Below, piece by piece: positions 21,423-31,551 of a stretch of 64,000 nucleotides of DNA. This DNA comes from SAR86 cluster bacterium AG-339-G14 (lineage in GTDB: Bacteria; Pseudomonadota; Gammaproteobacteria; Magnimaribacterales; AG-339-G14). How positions within the stretch are numbered: the stretch's first letter is position 1; each line of letters starts with the position of its first letter. The stretch lies in contig QCAB01000001.1 of assembly GCA_003282105.1 (NCBI GenBank), forward strand, positions 49,785 through 113,784, written 5' to 3'. The notes beneath the pieces were generated by a model that was given only the letters and a program-made list of their open reading frames with translations, searched no databases and had not been told where the DNA came from. Made by a program: the position numbers and the translations under genes.

Positions 21423-24400
21423 TTAACTTACCTTTAATTTCTTTTCATCCATTTCTTGGAGAACTCTTTTAAAATCTGTAGGCATAACTTTTACAAAATT
21501 ATGTGTCTCTTTCTTCCAATTATCCAGAAGTTTTTTTGCGACACTTGACCCAGTATATCTGAAATGATTTTCAATCAATTCTTTTAATTCATCTAAGTCC
21601 TCTTTTACTTTTAATTTTTCTAATTCAAAAGTGCTTAAATTGCATCTTTTTCCAAAGGATTTGTCTTGGTCATAAACATAGGCAATACCGCCACTCATAC
21701 CTGCTCCAAAGTTACGACCAGTTTTGCCGAGGATTACAGCTCTTCCGCCAGTCATGTATTCGCAGCCATGGTCACCAATGCCTTCAACGACCACCCTGGC
21801 TCCGCTATTTCTCACACAAAACCTTTCTGCTGCAATTCCTCGAAAATAGGCCTCTCCGCCAGTAGCTCCATATAATGCGACATTACCTAGTAAGATGTTT
21901 TCTTCAGGGACGAATTTACTATCCTTGGGAGGATAAATTATTATTTTTCCACCCGAGAGACCCTTTCCAACGTAATCGTTAGCGTCTCCTTCTAAAGAGA
22001 TAGTCATTCCTTTAGTAATCCAAGCTCCAAGGCTTTGTCCTGCAGAGCCTTTCAAATTTATTTTTATTGTATCGTTGGGAAGACCATTAGCGCCCCAAAT
22101 TTTAGAAATCTCATTTGAAAGAATTGTCCCAAATACTCTGTTGGTATTGCCAATGTTTAGGTTTACGGTAATTTTTTGTTTGGTTTTGATGTTATTTTTA
22201 ATTGTTTTAACTAGAGCCATATCCATTGATTTCTGCAGGTTATGATTTTGCTCTTGAGTGTTATAGACTTCTGTGTTCTCAAAGACTTTTTCTGCTGGAG
22301 TAAGAATTTTTGATAGGTCAAGGCCATCTCTTTTCCAATGGTTGATAGCATCTTCCATTTCAAGTAAATCTACTCTTCCTATCAAATCATTTAAGGTCTT
22401 TATTCCAAGTTTAGCCATAATCATCCTTAATTCTTTGGCAACCATGAATAAATAATTCACGACATTTTCAGGACTTCCATGGAATTTTTTTCTTAGCTCT
22501 TTATCTTGCGTTGCAATACCAACAGGGCAAGTATTTAAATGGCATTTTCTCATCATGATGCACCCTAAGGTAACGAGCGGGGCAGTAGAAAAACCAAATT
22601 CTTCGGCGCCAAGGATGGCGGCAATTGCTACGTCTCTTCCGGTTTTAAGTTGCCCATCCGTTTGAAGAACTACTCTTGAGCGCAGATTATTCATCACAAG
22701 TGTTTGATGAGTTTCAGCAATTCCTAATTCCCAAGGAAGTCCAGCGTGTTTGATGGAAGTCAGAGGAGATGCTCCAGTTCCACCGTCATGGCCAGCTATG
22801 ACAAGGTGGTCTGTCTTTGCTTTAACTACTCCAGCAGCAATAGTTCCAACTCCAATTTCAGAGACTAGTTTTACACTAATCCTAGAGCTACGGTTAGCAT
22901 TTTTCAAATCGTGGATAAGTTGTGCAATATCTTCTATCGAATAGATATCATGATGTGGTGGAGGACTGATAAGGCCCACTCCAGGAGTTGAGTGTCTAAT
23001 TTTTGCGATGTAATCATCAACTTTTGTTCCTGGTAGTTCTCCGCCTTCTCCGGGTTTAGCGCCTTGCGCAATTTTTATTTGAAGTTCATCTGAGTTGGTA
23101 AGGTACCACATGGTCACTCCAAATCTTCCCGAGGCTACTTGTTTGATGGCCGATCTTTTTGAGTCTCCATTCTCAAGAGGTTTGAATCTAATAGGATCCT
23201 CACCACCTTCACCTGTATTGGATTTACCCCCGAGTTTATTCATTGCAAGAGCGAGAGATTCATGTGCTTCTGTAGAAATTGAGCCAAGCGACATAGCGCC
23301 AGTTGCGAATCTCTTCACTATTTCTTTCTCGGACTCAACCTCTTCTAGAGGGAGTTCAGAATCAGAAAATTTAAATTTCATTAAACCCCTCAAAGTACTA
23401 TTTTTTGTCGTCTGTTCATTAGCGTGATCAGCAAATTTCCAATAAGCTGTTTCGTCGTTATTTTTGGAAGCAAGTTGCAAGGCAGAAATGGTTTTAGGAT
23501 CCCACATATGGCTGTCGCCACCGTTCCGCCAATGGAAATCTCCCGGATTAGGAAGAGTACTAATTTTGTTTTGACTTATTTCAGGGAAGCCAATTTCGTG
23601 TCGCCTTTCAATCTCTTTAGTGAGCACATGAAAATCAATTCCTTGAACTCTGCTAGGTGTGCCTGGGAAAGAAAACTCAATAATTTCATCCGCCAAGCCG
23701 ACAGCTTCAAATATTTGGGCGCCTTTATAAGATTGGAGAGTGGAAATTCCCATTTTTGCCATAACTTTCAACATGCCTTTAGCCACCCCTTTTTTGTAAG
23801 CATTGACAAGATCTTTGATACCATTTAGGTTTTCGTCTTTTAGCAACCCATCTTTTAAGGATTTTGCAAGCACATCAAATGCTAGATAGGGATTAACTGC
23901 GTCTGCACCGTAGCCAACTAGTAAACAGTGATGATGAACTTCTCTAGCTTCCCCAGATTCTATAATTATCCCAATTTGTGTGCGTTTTTCTCCTTTTACT
24001 AAGTGATGATGCACGGTTGAGCAAGCAAGCAAGGAACTTAAGGCAATACTTTTTTTGGAGATGTTTCTGTCAGAAAGAACTATAAAAGAATAACCTTTAT
24101 TAATTGCTTCTTCGGATTCTTTGCAAATTCTAAATAACGCAGCTTTTAACCCCTTTTCTCCTTTTCCTCTGGGGTAGGTAATGTCTATAGTTTTAGTTTT
24201 CCAACCAAAGCTCTTCAGGTCTTTAATTTTTGCCAATTCAAGATTGGACAAAATAGGATGCTCTAGATTAAGTCGGTGTACATTTTTTTCATCATTTTCT
24301 AATAAATTACCTTCAGGACCAATGAGACATTTAAGTGACATGATCACTTCTTCTCTTATTGAGTCAATCGGAGGATTTGTAATTTGTGCGAAAAGTTGCT

Positions 24401-25976
24401 TGAAGTAATCATAGATCATCCTAGGTTTATCTGATAAGCAAGCCAGGGCAGCATCATTACCCATGGATCCAAGTGGGTCTCTTAGTTCAGTAACTAGTGG
24501 CAAGAGCATAAACTCAAGTGTTTCGGTGGTATAACCAAAAGCTTGCATTTTCGGTATTAAATTATCTTCTTTTGGATTTTTTTTATCGGTTTTGAGATCT
24601 TTAAGATTAACAATTTGGTTTTTGTTCCAATCTTTATAGGGTAATTGTGAAGCGACTTCTTTCTTTATCTCTTCGTCAGAAATTAATTTTCCTTTTTCAA
24701 AGTCGATTAAAAACATTTTACCCGGTTGAAGTCTACCTTTCGAAACGACACTCTTAGAATCCACTGGAAGGACTCCAACCTCCGATGCCATAATAACTTT
24801 GTCGTCATCGGTAACATAAAATCTGCTTGGTCTGAGACCATTCCTATCAAGAACAGCGCCAACCATTTTTCCATCAGTAAAAACTATTGAAGCCGGGCCG
24901 TCCCAAGGTTCCATGAAAGATGAAGCGTATTCATAAAAAGCTTTTTTCTTTTGAGACATCTCTTTATCGTTTTGCCAAGCTTCTGGAATCATCATCATAA
25001 TTGCTTCTGGAATTTTTCTTCCAGACATAATTAGAAACTCAAGCACATTATCGAAACTGCCAGAATCGGAACAATCAGGTTCGGCAATGGGGAAGAGTTT
25101 TTTTAGTTTTTTTCCAAAAAGTGGGCTCTCTGCCATACCTTGCCTAGCTCTCATAAGGTTTATATTTCCTTTCAGAGTGTTTATTTCCCCGTTGTGACAC
25201 ATGTACCTGCAGGGTTGAGCCCTATCCCAGGAAGGAAAAGTATTAGTGCTAAACCTTGAATGTACCATTGCGAGATGTGTTTTGAAATCTTCGTTCTCAA
25301 GATCAGGGAAAAAGGGGAACAATTGTGCAGGAGTTAACATTCCTTTGTAAATTATCAATCTTGAAGAAAGAGAGCAGGCATAAAACATCAAACCTTGAGA
25401 AAGATTTTCTTTGAACCTCAATCTTTTGCTGAAGATTTTTCTACAAAGATAAAGTTTTCTTTCAAAATCTTCTTGAGAAATTTTTCCTTTAGAGCCAATA
25501 AAAATTTGTTCTATTTCAGGCTGACAGCTCAAAGCGGCAGGACCAACGTTGGCTTTTTTCTGATTTATGGGAACTTTTCTCCAACCAATGAAGCTTAATC
25601 CTTCTTTAGCAATTGTCTCTTCTACTATTTTTTTACAAAGAAGATACTCTTTTTTAATTTGTGGGAAAAAAAGGTTCCCAACAGCATATTTGCCTTCTTC
25701 AGGCAGAATTAAATCTAAAGTTTTTGCTTCTTTTTGAAAAAACGAATTCGGTAGAGCCAGCAGAATACCAGCACCATCTCCAGTATTTTCTTCAAAGCCA
25801 CAACCTCCTCTGTGATCCATTCTGGAGTTAATCAGATAAGCGTTGTCCATTATTTCTCTGGAGGGAACTCCTTTTACATTTGCAACTAGACCTACTCCAC
25901 ACGAGTCTTTTTCAAAGTCTGGATTGTAAAGCCCCTTTTTCTTGGGTCTGTTTAAAAAATATCTATTTTTTGGCAC
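21423..25976 (-). CDS. gltB: Glutamate synthase (NADPH) large subunit
   Basis: 1517 aa. Ntn-amidotransferase Cys after a short propeptide (KDSCGVGLVAN), then FMN and 3Fe-4S regions and a C-terminal GXGXG beta-helix. GTG start. Confidence 0.95.
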   Translation of the reverse strand: MPKNRYFLNRPKKKGLYNPDFEKDSCGVGLVANVKGVPSREIMDNAYLINSRMDHRGGCGFEENTGDGAGILLALPNSFFQKEAKTLDLILPEEGKYAVGNLFFPQIKKEYLLCKKIVEETIAKEGLSFIGWRKVPINQKKANVGPAALSCQPEIEQIFIGSKGKISQEDFERKLYLCRKIFSKRLRFKENLSQGLMFYACSLSSRLIIYKGMLTPAQLFPFFPDLENEDFKTHLAMVHSRFSTNTFPSWDRAQPCRYMCHNGEINTLKGNINLMRARQGMAESPLFGKKLKKLFPIAEPDCSDSGSFDNVLEFLIMSGRKIPEAIMMMIPEAWQNDKEMSQKKKAFYEYASSFMEPWDGPASIVFTDGKMVGAVLDRNGLRPSRFYVTDDDKVIMASEVGVLPVDSKSVVSKGRLQPGKMFLIDFEKGKLISDEEIKKEVASQLPYKDWNKNQIVNLKDLKTDKKNPKEDNLIPKMQAFGYTTETLEFMLLPLVTELRDPLGSMGNDAALACLSDKPRMIYDYFKQLFAQITNPPIDSIREEVIMSLKCLIGPEGNLLENDEKNVHRLNLEHPILSNLELAKIKDLKSFGWKTKTIDITYPRGKGEKGLKAALFRICKESEEAINKGYSFIVLSDRNISKKSIALSSLLACSTVHHHLVKGEKRTQIGIIIESGEAREVHHHCLLVGYGADAVNPYLAFDVLAKSLKDGLLKDENLNGIKDLVNAYKKGVAKGMLKVMAKMGISTLQSYKGAQIFEAVGLADEIIEFSFPGTPSRVQGIDFHVLTKEIERRHEIGFPEISQNKISTLPNPGDFHWRNGGDSHMWDPKTISALQLASKNNDETAYWKFADHANEQTTKNSTLRGLMKFKFSDSELPLEEVESEKEIVKRFATGAMSLGSISTEAHESLALAMNKLGGKSNTGEGGEDPIRFKPLENGDSKRSAIKQVASGRFGVTMWYLTNSDELQIKIAQGAKPGEGGELPGTKVDDYIAKIRHSTPGVGLISPPPHHDIYSIEDIAQLIHDLKNANRSSRISVKLVSEIGVGTIAAGVVKAKTDHLVIAGHDGGTGASPLTSIKHAGLPWELGIAETHQTLVMNNLRSRVVLQTDGQLKTGRDVAIAAILGAEEFGFSTAPLVTLGCIMMRKCHLNTCPVGIATQDKELRKKFHGSPENVVNYLFMVAKELRMIMAKLGIKTLNDLIGRVDLLEMEDAINHWKRDGLDLSKILTPAEKVFENTEVYNTQEQNHNLQKSMDMALVKTIKNNIKTKQKITVNLNIGNTNRVFGTILSNEISKIWGANGLPNDTIKINLKGSAGQSLGAWITKGMTISLEGDANDYVGKGLSGGKIIIYPPKDSKFVPEENILLGNVALYGATGGEAYFRGIAAERFCVRNSGARVVVEGIGDHGCEYMTGGRAVILGKTGRNFGAGMSGGIAYVYDQDKSFGKRCNLSTFELEKLKVKEDLDELKELIENHFRYTGSSVAKKLLDNWKKETHNFVKVMPTDFKRVLQEMDEKKLKVS

Positions 25977-26099
25977 AAATTATACCTAATTTAGTAAATT
26001 GAAGTCCTTAACGCTTGGACTTAGCGTCACTTTTCGAGCATGTGAAATGCAGTTTTAATAAGATATTAGTAAAAAAACCGCTAAAAGTGAATTATTTGC

Positions 26100-27179
26100 T
26101 TATATCTTTAAGCTTTCTTTAAGAAGATTTTCATCAATTTCGTTCGAAATTTCAGCTCTGCCGACAGAATTTAAGACAATAAACCTTAATTTATTTGAAA
26201 GAATTTTTTTATCTCTGCTCATTGCCTCTCTAAAGTCGCTGTAATTAAAATTTTTTGGCAGCTTAGTTGGTAACCCAGCCAATTTTATGACCTGTTTTAT
26301 ACGATCAAATTCATTTTTCGAGATTTTTCCTTTTAATAAAGATAAATGAGAAGCACAAACCATACCCAATCCAACTGCTTGCCCATGGGAAAACCCTTCT
26401 AAAGCCATTGCTGACTCAAATGCATGGCCATAAGTATGTCCAAAATTTAAAAGAGCGCGGTCGCCAAGCTCTTTTTCATCATTTGATACTATTGAGGATT
26501 TTATTAGTGAAGACTCATAAATTATTTGAATCAGACTTTCTTTATCACTAGCAATTTTATTTACAATTTTTTTCTCCAACTCCTCGAATAGAGATTTATT
26601 AGCAATAAGCGAATGTTTGATAATTTCTGCCATTCCTTCTGCTATTTCAGCTTCTCCAAGACTTGATAAAAGGTCAATATCTATTAGAACAAGATTGGGT
26701 TGATAAAAAGCTCCAATATTATTTTTAGCGCCTTGAAAGTTAATACCAGTTTTTCCTCCTACTGCAGCGTCTACTTGAGCCAATAGAGTAGAAGGAATTT
26801 GAATAAGATTCACGCCCCTTAAGTAAGTTGCAGCTGCAAAGCCAACCATGTCTGTCGTTATTCCTCCACCTAAAGAAATTAAAACACAGTCTCTATTAAA
26901 CTTTTCTTCGTTTAATACCTCAAAGATCGGTTGAAGACCCTCTAGACTTTTATTTCTTTCATTAGTCTTAATTTCAATTGAAATTAGCTTACTTGGATTA
27001 GATCTTGATAAGTTTGTTTTTAAGTCACCCAGGAATTCTTTTGGAACGTTCGAGTCTTTTATAACAAGAATTTGTTTGCCCTCAACGAGCCACTTGAAAT
27101 TATAGTTTTTAATAAGAGCTTGATTTATAACGAGCTCATAATTTGAAGATGCAGTTTTAACTTGGATTGATTTATTCAT
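26100..27179 (-). CDS. aroB: 3-dehydroquinate synthase
   Basis: 359 aa. GGGITTDMVGFAAATYLRGV, VGGKTGIN and HTYGHAFE motifs. Confidence 0.92.
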   Translation of the reverse strand: MNKSIQVKTASSNYELVINQALIKNYNFKWLVEGKQILVIKDSNVPKEFLGDLKTNLSRSNPSKLISIEIKTNERNKSLEGLQPIFEVLNEEKFNRDCVLISLGGGITTDMVGFAAATYLRGVNLIQIPSTLLAQVDAAVGGKTGINFQGAKNNIGAFYQPNLVLIDIDLLSSLGEAEIAEGMAEIIKHSLIANKSLFEELEKKIVNKIASDKESLIQIIYESSLIKSSIVSNDEKELGDRALLNFGHTYGHAFESAMALEGFSHGQAVGLGMVCASHLSLLKGKISKNEFDRIKQVIKLAGLPTKLPKNFNYSDFREAMSRDKKILSNKLRFIVLNSVGRAEISNEIDENLLKESLKI

Positions 27180-27675
27180 TTAAAATATTGACTATTTTAC
27201 TGGCCAACTCTTCATTAGTCATTGAATCCGAAAAAAATTCCATTTTTGCTATCTTTTTATATTTATCAATTCTCTTATCATAAAGTTTTTGAAGAATTTT
27301 TTTTGGATTAGATGAATTAAGCAAAGGTCTTTTATCTGAACCTTTAGTGTTATTTAATTGGCTTTCAACTTTACTGTTCAAAAAGATCACATATTTTTCA
27401 TTCTTAAGTAAATTAAGATTCTCTTCACTTTCTACTATTCCTCCTCCAGTTGAAACTATGCAATCTTTTAATTCTAAAGATTTCTTTAAATATTTTGTCT
27501 CAATACTTCTGAAGTAAGCTTCACCATTAATTTCAAAAATCTCTTTTATAGACAGATTCAAATCTTTTTCAATTTCTTTGTCCAAGTCAAATAGATCTTT
27601 ATCCAACTTATAACTTAAAATTTTTCCCATTTTTGATTTGCCGGAGCCCATTGGGCCGATTAGAAATATTTTCAT
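27172..27675 (-). CDS. aroK: Shikimate kinase
   Basis: 167 aa. P-loop GPMGSGKS and STGGG motif. 8-nt overlap with aroB. Confidence 0.9.
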   Translation of the reverse strand: MKIFLIGPMGSGKSKMGKILSYKLDKDLFDLDKEIEKDLNLSIKEIFEINGEAYFRSIETKYLKKSLELKDCIVSTGGGIVESEENLNLLKNEKYVIFLNSKVESQLNNTKGSDKRPLLNSSNPKKILQKLYDKRIDKYKKIAKMEFFSDSMTNEELASKIVNILNE

Positions 27676-27726
27676 TAAGTGCTCTTAAATATTAAAATAC
27701 ATTTTATCTTATTGCAGTCTTAGACA

Positions 27727-30102
27727 ATGTTTTTCAATAAATATTTTTTTTCATTACTAATTATTTTTTTGCTACCCATCCAATTTGGTTTAGGTCTATA
27801 TATCTATTTATCGCACGACCTCCCTTCGACTGCAGACGTTAGGAAAGTTGAATTACAAATTCCTTTAAAAATATTTACATCTGATGGAAAGCTAATTGGA
27901 GAATATGGAGAAATTCATCGTACAAAACTATCTTTCGAACAAATACCTGAAAATATAGTTAATGCTTTTTTAGCGGCAGAGGACAGCGACTTTTTTTCTC
28001 ACAGTGGCGTGGATTTTCTTAGCTTGATAAGAGCAACTTATCAATTTGTGAAAGAAGGAGAAATTGTTAGCGGTGGGGGAACTATCACTATGCAGGTGGC
28101 AAGAAACTATGTACTGACAAAAGAACAGACCTTTGAAAGAAAGTTAAAGGAAATTTTTATGGCTTTTAAATTAGACTTATCTTTTACAAAAGAAGAAATT
28201 TTTGAGCTTTACGTAAATCAAATATTTTTAGGGAACCGTGCCTATGGCATTGCCGCTGCTTCTGAAATTTATTACGGCGAGGACCTTAGTGATTTGTCAG
28301 TTGCACAATCAGCTATGATAGCCAGTCTTCCAAAAGCCCCGTCCAGAATAAATCCTATCGCAAACCCTGAAAGAGCTTTAATAAGAAGAAATTGGGTTTT
28401 AAGTAGAATGGAATCATTGGGGTTTATTCAAGAAAAAGTTTTTGAGGAAGCTTTTAATGAGCCGATTTCTGCGTCGTTTTATGGAATAGGCTCCGAAGTC
28501 GAGGCAGATTATTTGTCCGAACAAATTAGAAGATACATGATTGAAAACTACGGGCTTTCATCTTACAAGGAAGGATACAAAGTTTATTCAACTATCAGCT
28601 CTTCGAAACAATCGGCCGCGGTGAATTCTCTTCGGAGAGGTATTGAAGAATACGAATCCAGGCATGGGTTTAGGAAACCTAATAATTTTAAAGAACTCAT
28701 TCCTAAAGAGTTCAATCAAAGAAGTGATCTCTTTTATAAAATTGGCTACGACCCAAGTAACTTCAGGGACTCCTTTGGCCTTAAAAAGGATCTTCTGAAT
28801 CCTTTGGACGATTTGCTAAATTTTCTGTCAGATCAGCCAAGATTTAATTCATTTGAACCCGTTTTAATTCTGTCGGTCGATTCATCGAAAATTTCTGTTT
28901 TAAAAAAGAATTCAGAAATTGAAACAATCTATTTGAACAATTTAAGTTCAAAAATTAGGCCTAGAATTGATGAGAATAAAAAAGGTAAAAACATGACGAG
29001 TTTCTCAAGTTTTTTTGAAACAGGAGACTTAATCTGGTCCAAAGAAATTTCGGAAAAGACATTTGAGTTAGCCATGCACCCAGAGGTACAAAGTGCACTT
29101 GTGAGCATAGATCCAAATTCTGGCAAAATTTTGGCTTTAGTTGGAGGTTATAATTTTAATTCAAGTAAATTTAATAGAGCCTTTCAGGCAAAACCTCAAC
29201 TTGGGTCAAATTTTAAACCTTTTTTATATGCAGCTGCCTTCGAGAACGGTTACAGTCCGGCGACAATTATTAATGATGCTCCAATAGTTTTTGAGGATCA
29301 AAATTTAGAAGAATTTTGGAGGCCCAAAAATGCGAGCGGGAAATTTTATGGACCTACTAGATTAAGAGAAGCACTTTTGCAGTCAAGAAATGTGGTCTCA
29401 GTAAGGCTTCTCAACGATTTAGGTATTTCAAAAGCAAAAAACTATTTAACTAGGTTTGGTTTTGAAAGAGATAGTTTGCCTGAAGATTTATCAATGGCTT
29501 TAGGATCATACGGAATAAGCCCCTACAAGAATGCCGAATTTTTTTCAATTTTTGCAAATGGTGGAAAAAAAATTGAACCTTTTTATATTGAAAGAATAAT
29601 TGATAAAAATGGAAAAGAATTAATACTAGAAAATGAAGACGTTTCTAAAGCTTCTATAGCTAAATGGTATGGAAAACAAATTCCTAAAGAAGAGACATTT
29701 GCAATCGATCCAAGAGTTTCTTTTTTAGTTAATGATATTCTTCGCGAAGCAACTCAAAGAGGGACTGGAAAAGCTATCAAAAAACTTGAGAGAGATGACT
29801 TTGCAGGAAAAACAGGCACCACCAATGATTCTGAGAGTACATGGTTTACAGGCTTCAATAATAAGATTTTAACCACCGTTTGGTTTGGATACGATCAGCC
29901 TCGATCCCTGGGAACAGATGAATATGGCAGTACAACTGCTCTGCCAATTTGGCTTAACTTCATGGAGGAGATAATTGATTCAATTGAATACTCGATTCCT
30001 GCTGTTCCTTCAAATTTAATTGCAAAAAAAATAAATCTTTCGACAGGTAAAGAGGCTAATTCTTTGGATGATAATGCTAGATTCGAATATTTTTTTGATT
30101 AA
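27727..30102 (+). CDS. mrcA: Penicillin-binding protein 1A (bifunctional transglycosylase/transpeptidase)
   Basis: 791 aa. GT51 motifs EDSDFFSHSGVD and GGGTITMQVARN. Transpeptidase motifs SNFKP (SxxK), SRN and KTGTTND. Confidence 0.93.
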   Translation: MFFNKYFFSLLIIFLLPIQFGLGLYIYLSHDLPSTADVRKVELQIPLKIFTSDGKLIGEYGEIHRTKLSFEQIPENIVNAFLAAEDSDFFSHSGVDFLSLIRATYQFVKEGEIVSGGGTITMQVARNYVLTKEQTFERKLKEIFMAFKLDLSFTKEEIFELYVNQIFLGNRAYGIAAASEIYYGEDLSDLSVAQSAMIASLPKAPSRINPIANPERALIRRNWVLSRMESLGFIQEKVFEEAFNEPISASFYGIGSEVEADYLSEQIRRYMIENYGLSSYKEGYKVYSTISSSKQSAAVNSLRRGIEEYESRHGFRKPNNFKELIPKEFNQRSDLFYKIGYDPSNFRDSFGLKKDLLNPLDDLLNFLSDQPRFNSFEPVLILSVDSSKISVLKKNSEIETIYLNNLSSKIRPRIDENKKGKNMTSFSSFFETGDLIWSKEISEKTFELAMHPEVQSALVSIDPNSGKILALVGGYNFNSSKFNRAFQAKPQLGSNFKPFLYAAAFENGYSPATIINDAPIVFEDQNLEEFWRPKNASGKFYGPTRLREALLQSRNVVSVRLLNDLGISKAKNYLTRFGFERDSLPEDLSMALGSYGISPYKNAEFFSIFANGGKKIEPFYIERIIDKNGKELILENEDVSKASIAKWYGKQIPKEETFAIDPRVSFLVNDILREATQRGTGKAIKKLERDDFAGKTGTTNDSESTWFTGFNNKILTTVWFGYDQPRSLGTDEYGSTTALPIWLNFMEEIIDSIEYSIPAVPSNLIAKKINLSTGKEANSLDDNARFEYFFD

Positions 30103-30683
30103 ACAAAAATAGAATCTTTTAGTAAGTTCCAGTGTGCTTGCCAGTCGGTAAGAGAATTTTTTTTAAAGTTGCTTCTTGTAAATGCTTGAATTTGACCTTC
30201 CATGCAGGACATCAATAAATCAGCAGAACTAGAAGAATTAATTTTAAGTTTCTTTTTTGTCTCTCTTTCATAGAATTGGAAAGATTGTTTTATTTCTACA
30301 TTTAAACGTTCAAAAATTAGAGAAATTTTGTCGTCTATTTTTGCTTCAGCTGCAGTAAGAGCTTGCTTGTTTAAAATTTTTGCAAAACCTTTATTTGTTT
30401 CACAAAACGAAAGAATTAGAGAAACTATTAAACCAGGTACCTCTTCGGAGGGATGATTTGAACGAATGCTTTCTATTCTTGGAAAAATATTGGATTCAAA
30501 AAAAATAACCATTTCTTCATAAATCTTTCTTTTACTTGGGAAATGCCTATAAATTGCGGCTTCTGTAATTTCAGTTCTTCTGGCTAATTCAGCAGTAGTA
30601 ATTTTAACTGGTTCTTTTTCCTCGAGCATTCGGGCAAGAGTTTGCATGATTTGAGTTTTTCTGGAAACTTTATCTTCAGTCAT
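30099..30683 (-). CDS. slmA: TetR-family nucleoid occlusion factor SlmA-like protein
   Basis: 194 aa. ITTAELARRTEITEAAIYRHFPSKRKIYEEMVIFFESNIFPRI parallels E. coli SlmA [43 protein letters not shown] (from memory). Confidence 0.6.
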   Translation of the reverse strand: MTEDKVSRKTQIMQTLARMLEEKEPVKITTAELARRTEITEAAIYRHFPSKRKIYEEMVIFFESNIFPRIESIRSNHPSEEVPGLIVSLILSFCETNKGFAKILNKQALTAAEAKIDDKISLIFERLNVEIKQSFQFYERETKKKLKINSSSSADLLMSCMEGQIQAFTRSNFKKNSLTDWQAHWNLLKDSIFV

Positions 30684-31544
30684 TTATTTATTTATTAAAG
30701 TGCCAACACCTTTCTGAGTTAATATCTCCAACAATACAGCATGAGGAACTCTCCCATCAACTATGTGCGCATAATTTACCCCATTGTTTAACGCTTCTAT
30801 TGCAGCTTTTAACTTTGGTACCATCCCTCCGTTAATTATTTTTTTATTTCTTTGCAATTTTTTCGATTCTTTCAAACTTATTTCGGAAATCTTTTTACCA
30901 TTTGAGTCATTGATGCCATGAACATCAGTCAGAAGAATAATTTTTTCTGCTTTTATTGATGCGGCAACAAAGCATGCAACGTCGTCTGCATTAATGTTAA
31001 GCGGCGTTTCTTTTCCACTCCATCCTATTGGCGAAATTATTGGAATTTCTCTACTTGACAGTACTTTTAAGAGTATAGATTTATTTATCTTTTTTACGCT
31101 TCCTACCTCGCCAAGTTTTTTATTTTTTTGTTTTTCTGCAGAAATAAATTTTAATTTTTTACCAGCAAAAGATTTTCCAAATCCTCCCCAAGAATCAATA
31201 AGATTCTTAATGTCCTTATTAATTTCATTATCTAAAATACTTTGGATTATTTTTATCATTTCTAGAGATGTAACTCTTAAGCCTTCATGGAATTCGTAAT
31301 TAATTTTTTTGTTTTTTAAAGCCTTCCCTATTTGAGGTCCTCCTCCATGAACAATTAAAGGATTAATGCCAACGGCTTTCATTAAAACTACATCTCTCGC
31401 AAAGCTTTTTCTTAAAAAACTGTTTTGCATTGCGCTTCCGCCATATTTGATCACAATATTTTTTCCAGAGAATTTTTGAATAAATGGTAAAGCCTCAGTC
31501 AAAACTTTAGATGTATTGATTGCGTTTTTTCTTAAAATGCTCAT
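30684..31544 (-). CDS. argB: Acetylglutamate kinase
   Basis: Start moved to ATG at 31544 (MSILRKNAINTSKVLTEALPFIQKF), which removes the overlap with algC. VIKYGGSAM and HGGGPQI motifs. Confidence 0.9.
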   Translation of the reverse strand: MSILRKNAINTSKVLTEALPFIQKFSGKNIVIKYGGSAMQNSFLRKSFARDVVLMKAVGINPLIVHGGGPQIGKALKNKKINYEFHEGLRVTSLEMIKIIQSILDNEINKDIKNLIDSWGGFGKSFAGKKLKFISAEKQKNKKLGEVGSVKKINKSILLKVLSSREIPIISPIGWSGKETPLNINADDVACFVAASIKAEKIILLTDVHGINDSNGKKISEISLKESKKLQRNKKIINGGMVPKLKAAIEALNNGVNYAHIVDGRVPHAVLLEILTQKGVGTLINK

Positions 31545-31551
31545 GTTTAAT

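Noticed and set aside
21666-25598. Multiple 60-134 aa plus-strand ORFs antisense to gltB, and similar antisense ORFs in tyrS (2992-3450), cobT (11790-12116, 12576-12863), lpxL (41257-41622), ribBA (50127-50522) and others.
   Set aside because: They are fully nested antisense to long, well-supported conserved genes. They have no SD, low-complexity translations and no recognisable family, so they are treated as shadow ORFs.
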